Source: an uncultured Acidobacteriota bacterium (GTDB lineage: Bacteria; Acidobacteriota; Thermoanaerobaculia; Multivoradales; SZUA-115). From it: DNA of 64,000 nt. The notes beneath the pieces are model-generated. The model saw nothing but the letters and a program-made list of their open reading frames with translations. It made no database searches and was not told the origin of the DNA. The stretch is taken from NCBI GenBank assembly GCA_963805975.1, contig CAWDVR010000001.1, positions 352,001-416,000 on the forward strand, written 5' to 3'. Shown here in pieces: positions 10,001-21,642 of the stretch (positions are counted from its first letter, which is position 1; the number at the start of each line of letters is the position of its first letter). Position numbers and translations under genes: made by a program.

Positions 10001-10203
10001 CACGGCGATGCCGTCCGTGGTCGCCGTCTGGGGCTCGAGCGTGGCGAGCGGGCCCAGGCGGCCGAGCTGGGGCCAGAGCCAGGCCACGAGACCCACCACG
10101 GCGAGCGCTCCCACCCCGCCGCCCACCACCGAGAGCACTGGGCCCACCAGGGCGGCGGTGGCACCGCTCTCGAAGCCGCCGAGCTCGTTCGAGAAGCCGA
10201 TGA
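7012..10203 (+). CDS. Diguanylate cyclase with periplasmic beta-propeller/Y_Y_Y sensor (true end probably about 9981)
   Basis: Signal peptide, propeller repeats, LPAGAYTLRAR...VQPPWY, TM helix, coiled coil; DDLTAIFNRR, DLDHFKRLNDSRGH, RFGGEEF, ALYRAKTEGRN. Confidence 0.9.
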   Translation: MAAFVPSGKRQLGRIVGWLGLFALAPCVVVGQPAERGFPLLQTYSFAVEPSAPESFDVAQDSRGLLYVGNLSGILIYDGHWWHRLSNRNGSAAFALASDGGGRVAVGGVDELGYVSVGAGGALGYHSLTARLPESERELGEVRAVQPTAEGFVFVAERRVLTWDGSALTPVAELAAGSAPAAAHRVGDEVYVWVPDGLKRLAGRSLEPVAGGEQFRGRRVALMLPAEGGALLGVEGEGLYLFSGGRAVPFAPEASRWAVAKRLTRGRRLPDGRYAFASVHGGLLLLHADGTVDQVIDTAVGLADDFVTGLTVDREGSLWLSLHNGLARLEVSSPLSVIDGRAGLKGSPMHVTRHQGHLWIATSAGVFTTQGVRADPAGPLHVRPVRGLPAAPAWSLLSLGHVLAVGTSAGVYLVGESGVRPVPGTEATKAYLLAFSQGESHRVWVGMREGLGVLLHEQGEWRWGGQVAGVPRYVRSLVEREKGVLWCGTTFDGLARVEVASDDLPARRARVTVKPGRGDGGVETGIFQVGDHILGIWGDRVLLLDETTGALAENPSLVALNDRGQVFNGAQDAAGNVWLNTKPPTVAVDRGAGRGIEARSLVSVVARDIQQIIAEPDGVVWLATERGLFRHAGTFHGEPAVPPAPRVRRVTLAGGALPVTSSGPVLPPDSRRLRIELGPVSYRPGLAYQTRLDPLDGDWGEATAEPFVEIGRLPAGAYTLRARTRGPNGELGPETEWPFRVQPPWYGTPWAIALWAALGLVVVGGYTRLRSHTLRQRAGELESRVAEQTLELRRAVDELSRAQGEVVEKNRLLEVANERLEELSLHDDLTAIFNRRRLQQALDEEWNRARRQRSPLAFVLLDLDHFKRLNDSRGHREGDQALRAVAHHLAEHARRTGDLAARFGGEEFALLLPGSDIQGALRVAEELRAGIEALGLPHPEAPGGRLTASLGVAALTPGPEDRPETLIEAADAALYRAKTEGRNRVRAAGWRRRAAAARRCRPWSPSGARAWRAGPGGRAGARARPRDPPRRALPPRRPPPRALGPPGRRWHRSRSRRARSRSR

Positions 10204-11248
10204 ACACGTAGTGGACGGCCGACACCCGGCCCCGCAGGTGGTTGGGGGTCAGGAGCTGCTCGAGCGTCCAGCGGATGACGACGCTCACCTGGTCGAAGAC
10301 CCCCACCAGGAACAGGCAGACGAGCGACAGCGGCAGCGAGCGCGAGAGCCCGAAGCCGATGGTGGCGAGGCCGAAGCCGGCCACCGTCACCAGCAGCACG
10401 CGCCCCGGCCGCCGCCAGGGCTTGAGCCGCGTGAGGGCGAGGGCCATGGTGAGAGCGCCCAGCGACGGCGCGGCGCGCAGCCAGCCGAGGCCCACCGGGC
10501 CGACGCCCAGGATGTCCTTGGCGAAGATCGGCAGCAGGGCCACGGCGCCGCCCAGGAGCACCGCGAAGAGGTCGAGCGTGATCGCGGCCAGAAAGACCGG
10601 GTTGTGGCGGATGAAGGCGAAGCCCGCGAACAGGTCGGCCCTGGCGAGCTCCCGGCCTTCGGGCCTGGGCTTGCGGGCGGGCAGCGTGGCGAGCGCCGCG
10701 ACGAAGACGGCCTGGGTCGCCGCGGCCGCCAGGTAGGCCACGGTGGCGCCACCAGAGGCGGCGATCAACCAGCCGCCGAGCGCCGGTCCGGTGATCAGCG
10801 CGATCTCGAAGCAGGAGGCGAGCCAGGCGTTGACCGACAGGAACTGCTCCGGCTTGAGCAGCTCGGGCAGCAGCGCGGCGGTGGCCGGCGCCGCGAACGC
10901 GCGGGCCGTGCCCACCAGCACGAGCAGGGCATAGATCGCCGCCACCGGCGCCCCGAAGTGCGACACCGCCGCGAGCCCCAGCGCGGCGGCGACGAAGAGC
11001 GCCTGCGCCGCGATGGCGACGTTGCGGCGGGAGAAGCGGTCTGCGACGTTGCCCGCCGGCACCATCAGCAGCAGCACCGGCGCGATCTCGAAGGCGCCCA
11101 CCAGGCCCAGCGACCAGGCGCTGCCGGTGCGCTCGTAGAGCTGCCAGCCGACGGTGACGGAGAGGATCTGCGCGCCGAGCACCGCGGCCGTGCGCCCCAG
11201 CGCGAAGGCGGCGACGCCCGGAATGCGCCAGGCCTCCGCCGGCCGCAT
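9875..11248 (-). CDS. MFS transporter (EntS/DHA3-like); alternative TTG start 11302; true end probably about 9978
   Basis: VGWQLYERTGSAWSLGLVG, GNVADRFSRR motif A, LDLFAVLLGGAVALLPIFAKDIL, LRGRVSAV...SNELGGFESG. Confidence 0.88.
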   Translation of the reverse strand: MRPAEAWRIPGVAAFALGRTAAVLGAQILSVTVGWQLYERTGSAWSLGLVGAFEIAPVLLLMVPAGNVADRFSRRNVAIAAQALFVAAALGLAAVSHFGAPVAAIYALLVLVGTARAFAAPATAALLPELLKPEQFLSVNAWLASCFEIALITGPALGGWLIAASGGATVAYLAAAATQAVFVAALATLPARKPRPEGRELARADLFAGFAFIRHNPVFLAAITLDLFAVLLGGAVALLPIFAKDILGVGPVGLGWLRAAPSLGALTMALALTRLKPWRRPGRVLLVTVAGFGLATIGFGLSRSLPLSLVCLFLVGVFDQVSVVIRWTLEQLLTPNHLRGRVSAVHYVFIGFSNELGGFESGATAALVGPVLSVVGGGVGALAVVGLVAWLWPQLGRLGPLATLEPQTATTDGIAVLPPPSCASRPPAPGSGLRSWRGRGPRPRPRSASRAGPRGPV

Positions 11249-11310
11249 GGTGCCGCCGGCACCCGCCCGCGGGTCCTTCCCTTGTTGCGGACCGGGATCC
11301 AACGTGGTCT

Positions 11311-11790
11311 CTAGAGCGCCGCCAGCACGGCCTCGGCGCCGGAGACGGTCACCCCCGGCGCGGGCTCGACGCCCAGGTAGCGCACCACGCCGTCCTCGAG
11401 CACCATGGCGTAGCGCCGCGAGCGGTGGCCCATGCCGGCCCGGGCGAGGTCGAAGTCCAGACCCACGGCGCGCGCCAGCTCGCCGTTGCCGTCGGCCAGC
11501 ATGGTCACGTGACCGGCGGCGTTGGTGGCCTTGGACCAGGCCCCCAGCACGTGGACGTCGTTGACCGCCGTGCAGGCCAGGAGGTCCACGCCCTTCGCTT
11601 TGAAATCGTCGGCATGGACCAGGAAGCCCGGCAGGTGGTCGTCCGAGCAGGTGGGCGTGAAGGCACCGGGCACGGCGAAGAGCACCACTTTCTTGCCGGC
11701 GAAGAGCTCGCCGGTGTCGACGGGCTGAATCCCGTCCGCGGTCTTGGTCTGCACCTTGATGCTGGGGAACTTTTCTCCGACTGCGATCAT
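11311..11790 (-). CDS. Peroxiredoxin (Prx5/Redoxin family)
   Basis: GKKVVLFAVPGAFTPTCS, MLADGNG, RSRRYAM. Confidence 0.93.
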   Translation of the reverse strand: MIAVGEKFPSIKVQTKTADGIQPVDTGELFAGKKVVLFAVPGAFTPTCSDDHLPGFLVHADDFKAKGVDLLACTAVNDVHVLGAWSKATNAAGHVTMLADGNGELARAVGLDFDLARAGMGHRSRRYAMVLEDGVVRYLGVEPAPGVTVSGAEAVLAAL

Positions 11791-11882
11791 GGAAAGGCCC
11801 TCGGGGTTGATTCGGCTTCGGGTTGGATGCAAGGAGGAAACGGCGGCTGCGAGGCGGGGTGGATCTTACCGCTATCGACCCA

Positions 11883-13196
11883 CTAGCGCTCGAACCCTGC
11901 CGCGGCGGCCGCCGCCACCGCCTTCGCCAGCAGCTCGTTGCCGCGCCGGCCGAGGTGGCAGCAGGTGTCCTCGTAGAGCGGCTCCGGGGTCGCCGCGAAG
12001 ATCTGCGTCAGATCGTGGAAGGCCACGCCCTGCCGCGCCAGGCCGGCGCCCGCTTCCCGCAAGCGCGGATAGCCGGCCGCGACCGCGCCGCGGTAGGGAT
12101 GGTCGGCGAGGAATGCCACGCGGCGTTCCTCCTCGCCCATGGGCTTGGCGCCCTCGTCGTACTGGTTGGGCTGCAGGAAATGCAGGTACTCGATGCCCTC
12201 GCCCCGGCAGAGGAGGTGCATCTGCCACGAGGAGCGCGCCCACACCCGCGCCAGGTCTAGGTAGAGATCATCGGCTGAAGGATACGAGCGGCCAGGGCCG
12301 CGGGCGGCGTAGCCGAGCTGCGTGGGGTCGTAGGTCGCGAGCGCCTGCTCGGCGACCTCGAGCCGGCGCGCCAGGGCGCCGTCGAGCGCTTTCCACAGCA
12401 GTCCGGCGGTGAAGCTCGAGCGCCACGGGCGGCGCGAGAAGCCGGCGGCCCGCTCCTGGCGCGCGCGGCGGCGGTGGGCCCGCTCGCCCAAGAGCTCCAC
12501 CAGCCGCGGGTCGAGCTCCGCCACGCGCGCGAACCAGCTCTGGGGGAAGAAGGGGAAGACGCCGCGCGGCACCAGGTCGGCGGCCGGCAGGGCCACGTCG
12601 TTGAAGCCGTCGAGGTTGAGGACGAGGTCGAAGTGGGCGCCCAGGACCAGGAAGTAGTTGAGCGTCGCGAGCTGCTGCGGCTGCTTGTAGCCGAAGGCGG
12701 CCAGGTTGAGGACGGCGATGCGGCGGCCGGCGAAACGCGGCAGCCGGGAGAGCTCGCCGGCGAGCAGCTCGCGGTGCTGGCCGGCGAGGATGTTCGCCAC
12801 CGAGCCGCCGACCACCGCCACCAGCAGCTTGTCCGGCGCGGCCTCCTGGAAGAGCGGCTCCACGTTGAGCGGGAAGCCGTGCTCGATCGCCTGGGGGTCG
12901 AACCCCCGCTTCGCCGCGGGATGCCGGTCGGCGTCCATCACGAAGCCGAGGAAAGGGTGCAGCGCCTGCTCGTCGCGGTGGCGGCGTGGAAAGGGGAGCG
13001 CGTCGAGGTTCGGTGCGGCGGCCTCCACAGAGCCCTGGGCGCGGACCGCCGTGCGCTCGCGTTCCAGGTCGCCCCAGGAGACCAGGCTGCCGGCGCGCAG
13101 GGAGAGAGCGGTGAAGGAGATCAGCTCGCAGGCCGCGAGGACCAGGACGGCGAGAAGGGCGGTGAAGAGGAGACGGCGGGGCGCTGACGCACGCAT
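11883..13196 (-). CDS. Membrane-anchored SGNH/GDSL-like hypothetical protein
   Basis: N-terminal TM; [39 protein letters not shown]. Confidence 0.6.
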   Translation of the reverse strand: MRASAPRRLLFTALLAVLVLAACELISFTALSLRAGSLVSWGDLERERTAVRAQGSVEAAAPNLDALPFPRRHRDEQALHPFLGFVMDADRHPAAKRGFDPQAIEHGFPLNVEPLFQEAAPDKLLVAVVGGSVANILAGQHRELLAGELSRLPRFAGRRIAVLNLAAFGYKQPQQLATLNYFLVLGAHFDLVLNLDGFNDVALPAADLVPRGVFPFFPQSWFARVAELDPRLVELLGERAHRRRARQERAAGFSRRPWRSSFTAGLLWKALDGALARRLEVAEQALATYDPTQLGYAARGPGRSYPSADDLYLDLARVWARSSWQMHLLCRGEGIEYLHFLQPNQYDEGAKPMGEEERRVAFLADHPYRGAVAAGYPRLREAGAGLARQGVAFHDLTQIFAATPEPLYEDTCCHLGRRGNELLAKAVAAAAAAGFER

Positions 13197-13290
13197 GATG
13201 GATTCTGATCCCCCCGGTGCGGGAACCGGGCGGCCGGTGGAGGCGGACGGCCGGACCTGTGCCGGCCGTCCTGAACCGGATCCTCGTGGT

Positions 13291-14334
<1,044 letters not shown>

Positions 14335-14539
14335 TCGAGTGGCTCCTGAGAACGTTCTGCGCCGCGGCTGGCCGGTATTGTACCTGCCCGCGCGGCGGTT
14401 TCGACAGATAATATGCGCCCGGTTTCCGCCTGCCCGAGGAGGCGGTGCACCGGGGCGCGCTCTAGCAACGGAATGGGGGGATCGTGAGCCGGGAACGCAG
14501 TCCACGGCCTGCCGCGACAGCGGTCGGTAAGGAGTCTCG

Positions 14540-15505
14540 ATGGTAACGGAGCCGCGTGCGGAGGGTCAAGCCGGCCTGGCGCCGCTCGCCGAGCGGCTGC
14601 GGGCCGCGAAGGGCCTCGCCGTCAAGCCCGCCGAGCCCCTCTCCCGCTACACCACCTTCAAGATCGGCGGCCCGGCCGAGCTGCTCGTCGAGGTGGAGTC
14701 GGAGCGCGCGCTCGCCCTCCTGCTCGCGGCGGTGCGCGCAGAGGGCGCGCCCTTCCACCTCCTCGGCCTGGGCTCGAACGTGCTCTTCCCGGACGCCGGC
14801 ATGGCCGGCGTGGTGGCGCGGCTGGGCAAGGGCTTCAAGCGCGTGTCGTTCGGCCGGGCGAGTGTCACCGCCGGGGCGGCCCTCGCGCTCCCCACCCTCG
14901 CCCGCCAGAGCGCGCGCCGGGGCCTCTCGGGCCTCGAGCCGCTCTGCGGCTTTCCTTCCACGGTGGGCGGCGCGGTGTGGATGAACGCCGGCTGCTACGG
15001 CACCGAGATCAAGGACGTGCTGCTCTCCGCCTGGCTGGTGGAGCGCGACGGCACGCGGCGCCGCATCGGCGTCCCGGAGCTGGGCGCCGGCTACCGCTCG
15101 ACTGCGCTCCAGGGCACCGATGCGATCGTCACCCGTGCCAGCTTCCGGCTCGAGCCGGCGGATGCTGCGGCCTGCACCGCGCGCATCGAGGAGCTGAACG
15201 CCAAGCGCTGGGCGAGCCTGCCCTACGGGGTGGGCAACGCGGGCTCGATCTTCAAGAACCCGCCGGGCGACTTTGCCGGGCGGCTGATCGAGGCCTGCGG
15301 CCTCAAGGGCCGGGAGCGCGGCCGGGCGGCGATCAGCCCCAAGCACGCCAACGTGATCGTCAACCTGGGCGGCGCCACGGCCGAGGACGTGCTCTGCCTG
15401 ATGCTCGAGGCGCGCCGGGCGGTCGCCGCGCGGTTCGGGACCACGCTCAAGCCGGAGGTGATCCTGCCGGGAGAGCTGGGAGAGAGGTGGCGAGCCGAGG
15501 AGTGA
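14540..15505 (+). CDS. murB: UDP-N-acetylmuramate dehydrogenase
   Basis: [43 protein letters not shown]; AAGGAG RBS. Confidence 0.96.
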   Translation: MVTEPRAEGQAGLAPLAERLRAAKGLAVKPAEPLSRYTTFKIGGPAELLVEVESERALALLLAAVRAEGAPFHLLGLGSNVLFPDAGMAGVVARLGKGFKRVSFGRASVTAGAALALPTLARQSARRGLSGLEPLCGFPSTVGGAVWMNAGCYGTEIKDVLLSAWLVERDGTRRRIGVPELGAGYRSTALQGTDAIVTRASFRLEPADAAACTARIEELNAKRWASLPYGVGNAGSIFKNPPGDFAGRLIEACGLKGRERGRAAISPKHANVIVNLGGATAEDVLCLMLEARRAVAARFGTTLKPEVILPGELGERWRAEE

Positions 15506-15511
15506 TCGCCG

Positions 15512-16108
15512 TCACCCGGCCGGCCGCTGCCAGATCGAGGTCACGGTGTTGATCTTGACGCTCTGGTGAGCGAGCGGCCAGGAGGGGGGCACGCCCCACT
15601 CCGCGAGCGGCAGCCAGTTGGTGTCGTCCACCAGCAGGTAGCCGCCGGGCTTCAGCTTGGCGAGCGCCGCGCCGACGCACGCCTGACGGTAGTGGCCGTC
15701 GACCTCAATGAAGTCGAAGTGGGCATCGGGGAACTCGCCGACGAAGGCGACGTAGCGCGGCATCGGGTCGTAGACCGGCCGCGTGGGCTCCTCCGGCGGG
15801 TGGTCGAGCGGGACCACGCGCACGTCGACGTTCCCGATCCCCTGCCGGCTGAGCTGGCCGCGGAGCAGCTCGAGCCAGGTCGGGTCGTGCTCGACTGTCA
15901 CCAGGTGACCGAGGCGTTTCGCGAACCACTGCGTGCTCCGTCCGCTGCCCCATTCGAGACCGGCCCCGTGCCGGGGCAGATGGGCGTCGAGAAAGCGGAT
16001 GGCGCCGGGCGCCAGGAAGGGCTCGTCGCGGTGCGCGCGCTCGTAGAAGAAGTACCAGACCCGGCGCAGGAAGCTCACCGGGTGTCGCGCCCAGTGACCG
16101 ACATTCAC
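15512..16108 (-). CDS. Class I SAM-dependent methyltransferase
   Basis: GTG start overlaps the upstream stop (GTGA); [34 protein letters not shown]. Confidence 0.8.
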   Translation of the reverse strand: MNVGHWARHPVSFLRRVWYFFYERAHRDEPFLAPGAIRFLDAHLPRHGAGLEWGSGRSTQWFAKRLGHLVTVEHDPTWLELLRGQLSRQGIGNVDVRVVPLDHPPEEPTRPVYDPMPRYVAFVGEFPDAHFDFIEVDGHYRQACVGAALAKLKPGGYLLVDDTNWLPLAEWGVPPSWPLAHQSVKINTVTSIWQRPAG

Positions 16109-17433
16109 GGCGCGGGCCGCCCCGGCGACTTGTAGACCACGCCTTCCTTCATCACGAAGTCCACCGCCTGGAGCACCGAGACGTCCGCCAGCGGGTCGCT
16201 CGGCACGGCGACGAGGTCCGCCCACTTGCCGGGCGAGACGCTGCCCAGCTCGTCCTCGCGGCGCAGCAGCTTGGCGGCCTCGACGGTCGCCGCCTGGATC
16301 GCCTGCATCGGCGTCATCCCCGCCTCCACCATGTAGGCGAACTCCTTGGCGTTCTCGCCGTGCGGCGCCACGCCCTGATCGGTGCCGAAGGCGATCTTCA
16401 CTCCGGCCTTGAGCGCGCGGGCGAACATCGCCTTCATCTGCGGCCCGATCGCCGCCGCCTTCGGACGCACGATCTCCGGGTAGAAGCCCTCGACCTTGGC
16501 CTGCTCGCCGACGTAGCGGCCGGCGGAGAGCGTCGGCACGAGATAGGTGCCGTGCTCGACCATCAGGCGGATCACCTCGTCGTCCATCAGCGTGCCGTGC
16601 TCGATCGAGTCCACCCCGGCGCGTACCGCGCGCTTCATGCCCTCGGCGCCGTGCGCGTGCGCGGCGACCGTGAAGTCGTAGTCGCGCGCCGTGGTCACGA
16701 TGGCGCGGATCTCCTCTTCGGTGAACTGCGGGTTCTGCGGGCTCTTGGCGAGCGACAGCACGCCGCCGGTGGCGGTGATCTTGATCAGGTCCGCGCCTTC
16801 CTTGTAGCGCTGGCGGACGGCCTTCGCCGCCTCCAGCGGGCCGTTGACCACGCCGTCCTTCGGTCCCGGGTCCCCCCGCAGGTCCTGAGCCCAGCCGTTG
16901 GTGGGGTCGGCGTGGCCGCCGGTGGTGCCGATGCCCTTGCCGGCGGTGAAGATGCGCGGCCCCTCGACGAAGCCGCGGCGGATGGCGTCGCGGAGGGAGG
17001 CGGTCACGCCGTCCGAGTCCCCCAGGTTGCGCACCGTGGTGAAGCCGGCGAGGAGCGTCTTTTTGCCGTCGTACACGGCGCGCAGCGCCACGTCGGCCGG
17101 GTTGAGCGTGAAGCGCTCGATGTAGGACTGCGGCGAGGACTCGCCGCCGAGATGGACGTGCATGTCGATGAAGCCCGGCAGCACCACGTGGTCCTTGAGA
17201 TCGATCACGTTTTCGCCGGCCGCCGGCGCCTGGTAGCCCTCGACCACGGCCGCGATGCGCGGCCCGTCGAGCACCACGGTGACGCCCTTGCGCGGCGTTG
17301 CCGCCAGGCCGTCGATCAGCGTGCCGGCGTGGACCAGCGTGCGCGGCGCGGCCCCGGCAGCCGACGCTGGGGCCACCGGTGCCAGGGAGCAGGCGAGGGC
17401 GAGGGCGAGCAGTTTCGACAGGGGGCGTGGCAT
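16105..17433 (-). CDS. Secreted amidohydrolase family protein (prolidase/Xaa-Pro dipeptidase-like)
   Basis: Signal peptide; [36 protein letters not shown]. Confidence 0.9.
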   Translation of the reverse strand: MPRPLSKLLALALACSLAPVAPASAAGAAPRTLVHAGTLIDGLAATPRKGVTVVLDGPRIAAVVEGYQAPAAGENVIDLKDHVVLPGFIDMHVHLGGESSPQSYIERFTLNPADVALRAVYDGKKTLLAGFTTVRNLGDSDGVTASLRDAIRRGFVEGPRIFTAGKGIGTTGGHADPTNGWAQDLRGDPGPKDGVVNGPLEAAKAVRQRYKEGADLIKITATGGVLSLAKSPQNPQFTEEEIRAIVTTARDYDFTVAAHAHGAEGMKRAVRAGVDSIEHGTLMDDEVIRLMVEHGTYLVPTLSAGRYVGEQAKVEGFYPEIVRPKAAAIGPQMKAMFARALKAGVKIAFGTDQGVAPHGENAKEFAYMVEAGMTPMQAIQAATVEAAKLLRREDELGSVSPGKWADLVAVPSDPLADVSVLQAVDFVMKEGVVYKSPGRPAP

Positions 17434-17507
17434 GAGGCCTCCGAGGGGTGAAGTTCGAGCAGGTCGGGCGGGCAGCCTAGCATGCGCCCGAGAGCCCGCA
17501 CACGGCC

Positions 17508-19448
17508 TCAGGGCGGGGCCTCGGCCCCTCTGTCCGGCGTGATGCGGAACGCCACCACGGGCAGGGGACGGGCGCCGCCCTCGAAGACCTGGGTGACGCC
17601 GGGCCGGCTTCCGAAGTCGGCGACCTGCTGCCTCTTCGCCCGCCCCCAGCGCTCCGGAGGATGGATGATGACGTGGCTCACGCCGAGCGAGCGGAGGACC
17701 TCGAGCGTCTCGTCGTCGGGAATGGGGAAGCAGCAGCGGCCGAGGAGCGCGTAGTAGGTGGGTGGGATGAAGCCGCTGTAGCCGTTGATCAGCGGCTTGT
17801 GGTGGAACGTCTGGCGGTACATGTAGCTGATGTCCGGGAGCACTTCGCCAGCCGGCAGCTCGAGCACGGCGGTCACGTCCGGCTGGCGGCCGAGCCACTG
17901 GTAGACGGGCTCCAGCCCGGCCTCGTCCGGCACCGGGTTCCAGGCCATGGCGCGCGGCACGAGCTCGCCGCCGATCGCGACCAGCAGCAGACCCGTCACC
18001 ACGGCGCCGTGCCGTCCTGGCCAACGCCGCGCCAGCCGGTCCAGGGCGAGAGCCGCCAGCCAGGCGACGGCCAGCGACACGAAGACGTAGAAGCGGGCCG
18101 GCACCCGCATGCGGTCGAGGCCCGGCAGCACCTCGGCCATGGGCACGAAGACGATCGGGAAGCTGAAGAGGAAGCTGATCCCGCCGGCGGCGAGGAGGCC
18201 GCGCTCCCAGCCGCCGCGGCTCAGGGTCCAGGCCGGCCAGCGGCCCGTCCACCTGCGCGAGAGCCCCAGCCACGCGAGCAGGGCCACGCCCAAAAGCAGC
18301 GCCGGCCGCCGGTAGCCGTGCAGGCCGACCGAGGCCCGGAACAGCGTCAGCCGCTCGAGGTTTCGCAGCGTGTGCAGCTCGCCGAGCAGCCAGGCGAGCG
18401 CGGCGACGGTGAGGAGCACCGCGAGCAGGAGGCGCCGGCGGGAGGAGAGCGGAACGGCCGATTGCCGCTCCCGCTCGCGCCACAGCCCCGCCAGGCCCAT
18501 CACGGCGAGCAGGGTGGGCAGGAAGCCGGCGAAGAGCGTGTTCTCCGGCCGTTGGAGCGACCAGAGAGTGTCGCCGAAGTACCAGTTGCTGATCCCCGGC
18601 ATGAAGTAGCTCACGGCCGAGGCCCCCCAGTGCCGCCACTCGCTCATGCCGCGCTCGAGGTCGAGGCCCGTGGGCACCGTGTAGGGATAGAAGACCGCCG
18701 CCAGCAACAGAATGCAGCCGAGGGCCACCGGCGCGAGAACGGCCAGCGAGCGGCGCGAGAAGAGCTCGGACCGCAGCTCGCGGGCGCGCACGGCGAGGAT
18801 CGCCGCCATCGGCAGATGGATCATGTACGCGAGGTAGTTGCCGCCGCTCAGGTGCAGCGCGTAGAAGAGGAGGAACAGCACCGCCTTCTTGCCGGTGCGC
18901 TCGGCGAGCAGCCGGTCCCAGAACCAGAGCACCAGCGGCACCCACTGCGCGAGGAGGATCTGCAGGTGGCTGCGCTGGTCCATCCGGAACGGGGAGAAGG
19001 CGAAGATCAGCCCGCCGGCAAACGCCGCGGCCCGGCCCAGCCCGCACTGGCGGAGAACCCAGAACGTGGCGAGCCCCGAGAGCACGAACGAGGACAGAAA
19101 GAGGAAGTTGTAGGCCGCGACGGCGTTCGGCACCAGGGCGGTGAAGAGCGCGACGAAGGCCGAGGGCCCCAGCAGGTGGTCCGAGAGAGTGATCGTGCGC
19201 TCTAGAGGGAAGAAGAACGGCGCGCTCCAGTAGTCCGGCAGCCCCGCCGCCCACTGCCCGGCCCCCCACTTGAGGATCGAGAGGTTGAACAGCGGGTCGC
19301 CCAGGTCGGGAGCGATGGCCGAGGAGAGATCGCCCCAGCCGGGCCGCAGGCAGAGAAGCGTGAACGCGAGGTAGAGGAGCGCGGCGAGCCCGAGGCCGAG
19401 CACGCTCCGCGCGGGTGAGGATCTCGGTGCGGAGGAAGGCGAGCTCAA
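17508..19448 (-). CDS. Multi-pass membrane protein, GT-C/YfhO-like
   Basis: [18 protein letters not shown]...[39 protein letters not shown]. Confidence 0.65.
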   Translation of the reverse strand: MSSPSSAPRSSPARSVLGLGLAALLYLAFTLLCLRPGWGDLSSAIAPDLGDPLFNLSILKWGAGQWAAGLPDYWSAPFFFPLERTITLSDHLLGPSAFVALFTALVPNAVAAYNFLFLSSFVLSGLATFWVLRQCGLGRAAAFAGGLIFAFSPFRMDQRSHLQILLAQWVPLVLWFWDRLLAERTGKKAVLFLLFYALHLSGGNYLAYMIHLPMAAILAVRARELRSELFSRRSLAVLAPVALGCILLLAAVFYPYTVPTGLDLERGMSEWRHWGASAVSYFMPGISNWYFGDTLWSLQRPENTLFAGFLPTLLAVMGLAGLWRERERQSAVPLSSRRRLLLAVLLTVAALAWLLGELHTLRNLERLTLFRASVGLHGYRRPALLLGVALLAWLGLSRRWTGRWPAWTLSRGGWERGLLAAGGISFLFSFPIVFVPMAEVLPGLDRMRVPARFYVFVSLAVAWLAALALDRLARRWPGRHGAVVTGLLLVAIGGELVPRAMAWNPVPDEAGLEPVYQWLGRQPDVTAVLELPAGEVLPDISYMYRQTFHHKPLINGYSGFIPPTYYALLGRCCFPIPDDETLEVLRSLGVSHVIIHPPERWGRAKRQQVADFGSRPGVTQVFEGGARPLPVVAFRITPDRGAEAPP

Positions 19449-19551
19449 GGGACGGTTGGGTGCGAGCCAGGCTGATTCGACATTCCAGCCTAGGGGGCCG
19501 ATAAGAGTCTGTCAAGCTCTGCGGCGCGCTCGCGCTAAGCTCGGCAGCCTG

Positions 19552-20844
19552 ATGCCCGGTCTCCGCCAGCGGGTCGGCCAGTGGGTGGTCGCGGGCACCG
19601 AGCGCCTGCTGCGCTGGGGGCTCGCCGGGCGGCTGGACGCCGCACCGCGGCCACCGGCGGTCGCCGGCCTCGAGGCGCGCACGGACGAGCTCAACGCCGC
19701 GGCGGAACGCTACTTTGCAGGACGCACCGACCGCGAGTACCAGCTCGGCAAGCCCTTCACCGACCCTCTCGAGCTGCCGCAGTACCTGTTCAACGCGGGC
19801 ACGCTCCTGCACTGGCTGCGGGCAGGCCCGGGGGACACGGTGGCCGAGATCGGGGCCGGCGCCTGCTGGCTCTCCCACTTTCTCAACCTCTACGGCTGCC
19901 GTACGTTGGCGATCGACGTCTCGGAGACCGCGCTCGCTCTCGGCCGCGAGCGCTTCGAGCGCGACCCGCGGACGCGCCGGGAGCTAGATCCCGCCTTCCT
20001 CACCTACGACGGCCACCGGCTGCCGATCGACGACGGCGGCTGCGACCGCATCGTCCTCCACGACGCTTTCCACCACCTGCCCAACGCCCGCGAGCTGCTC
20101 TCCGAGATGGCGCGGGTGCTGAAGCCCGGCGGCATCGTCGCCATGTCCGAGCCCGGGCGTTTCCACTCGCAGAGCGACAGCGCCAGGGCCGAGGTGGCGG
20201 AGACCGGCGTGTTGGAGAACGACGTGGTGGTGGAAGAGCTGGCCGCGGAAGCCCTGGCGCGCGGCTTCACCCGTGCCACGGTGGTGCCGCTCGCCTTGCG
20301 CACGCCGTTCGAGATCGAGGCGCAGCGTTTCCCGGCCTTCCTCCGTGGCGAGCGGATGATCGAGCACTGGCGGGCCGTGACCGCGGAGCTCCTGGCCCAC
20401 CACTACCTGCTGCTCTACAAGGGCGAGCCGCGTCCCACCACCCGCCGGCCGGGGCGGCTGGAGGCCGCCCTGCGCTTTCTCTCTCCACTGCCGGCCGAGA
20501 TCGCCGCCGGCGGGCGCGTCGCGGTGAGGCTCGAAGCCTGGAACCAGGGGGACACGCGCTGGCTCGCGAGTACCACCGGGCAGGCCGGCTGGACCCGGCT
20601 GGGCATCCACCTCGAGGCCCTCGACGCGCCCGCGCAGTCGGACTTCGACTGGCAGCGCGCCGATCTGCCGGCCGACCTCGAGCCCGGCGAGCGCACCGAG
20701 CTGGCCTTCGAGCTGGCGCCCTTGCCGGGACCGGGCCGCTACCGGCTGGTCTTCGACCTGGTGGCCGAGCACGTCACCTGGTTCGCCGAGCGCGGCTCGC
20801 GCCCGCTCTCGGCCGAGATCACGGTGCGCACACCAGAGGGCTGA
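19552..20844 (+). CDS. SAM-dependent methyltransferase with C-terminal Ig-like domain
   Basis: EIGAGACW motif I, AFHHLPN...RVLKPGG; C-terminal NQGDTRW...LEPGE...[11 protein letters not shown]. Confidence 0.8.
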   Translation: MPGLRQRVGQWVVAGTERLLRWGLAGRLDAAPRPPAVAGLEARTDELNAAAERYFAGRTDREYQLGKPFTDPLELPQYLFNAGTLLHWLRAGPGDTVAEIGAGACWLSHFLNLYGCRTLAIDVSETALALGRERFERDPRTRRELDPAFLTYDGHRLPIDDGGCDRIVLHDAFHHLPNARELLSEMARVLKPGGIVAMSEPGRFHSQSDSARAEVAETGVLENDVVVEELAAEALARGFTRATVVPLALRTPFEIEAQRFPAFLRGERMIEHWRAVTAELLAHHYLLLYKGEPRPTTRRPGRLEAALRFLSPLPAEIAAGGRVAVRLEAWNQGDTRWLASTTGQAGWTRLGIHLEALDAPAQSDFDWQRADLPADLEPGERTELAFELAPLPGPGRYRLVFDLVAEHVTWFAERGSRPLSAEITVRTPEG

Positions 20845-20889
20845 GCGGCGGCCTGCCTGCCGGGGCGCTGCGATATGCTCCCCCGCCGT

Positions 20890-21594
20890 ATGCCGAAGCT
20901 GTCGGTGGTCATCCCCGTCTACAACGAGCGGGAGACGGTGACGCAGTTGCTCGAGCGCGTCGCCGCGGCGGCGTTGCCGGACGGTCTCGAGCGCGAGATC
21001 GTGGTGGTCGACGACGGCTCGCAGGACGGCACGCGCGAGGTGCTGCGGGGAGTCGCCGAGTCCGGGCGGCTGCCGATCCGCTACTTCGAGCAGCCGGTCA
21101 ACCAGGGCAAGGGCGCGGCCATCCGCCGCGGCTTCGCCGAGGCCACCGGCGACTTCCTGCTCATCCAGGACGCGGACCTCGAGTACGACCCCCGGGACTA
21201 CCCGGTGCTGCTGGCGCCGATCCTCGCCGGCGAGGCCGACGTGGTCTTCGGCTCGCGCTTCCTGGGCGGGCCGCATCGCGTGCTCTTCTTCTGGCACTAC
21301 GTGGGCAACCGCTTTCTGACCACGCTCTCCAACATGATGACCGACCTCAATCTCTCGGACATGGAGACCTGCTACAAGGTCTTCCGCCGCGAGGTCCTGG
21401 AAGGCGTGGCGCTCAAGTCCAACCGCTTCGGCATCGAGCCCGAGCTCACCGCCAAGTTCGCCAAGCGCCGGGCACGGATCTACGAGGTGCCGATCTCCTA
21501 CCGGGGACGCACCTACGCCGAGGGCAAGAAGATCGGCTGGAAGGACGGCTTCTCGGCGATCTGGGCCATCCTGCGCTTCAACCTCTTCGGGTAG
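20890..21594 (+). CDS. GT2 glycosyltransferase (DPM1/polyprenol-phosphate glycosyltransferase-like)
   Basis: [51 protein letters not shown]. Confidence 0.93.
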   Translation: MPKLSVVIPVYNERETVTQLLERVAAAALPDGLEREIVVVDDGSQDGTREVLRGVAESGRLPIRYFEQPVNQGKGAAIRRGFAEATGDFLLIQDADLEYDPRDYPVLLAPILAGEADVVFGSRFLGGPHRVLFFWHYVGNRFLTTLSNMMTDLNLSDMETCYKVFRREVLEGVALKSNRFGIEPELTAKFAKRRARIYEVPISYRGRTYAEGKKIGWKDGFSAIWAILRFNLFG

Positions 21595-21642
21595 GAGCAT
21601 GGCTCTCAACTCTTCGCGGGTGGGCTCCGTAGAACCATCGGC

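Noticed and set aside
13245-13271. Hairpin GGACGGCCGG/CCGGCCGTCC downstream of recA
   Set aside because: It has no U-tract, and such GC stems are common; not called as a terminator.
16105-19878. 1257-aa ORF suggesting a large amidohydrolase fusion
   Set aside because: The real gene starts at ATG 17433 with a GGAGG RBS and signal peptide; the upstream part is a shadow frame of 17508-19448.
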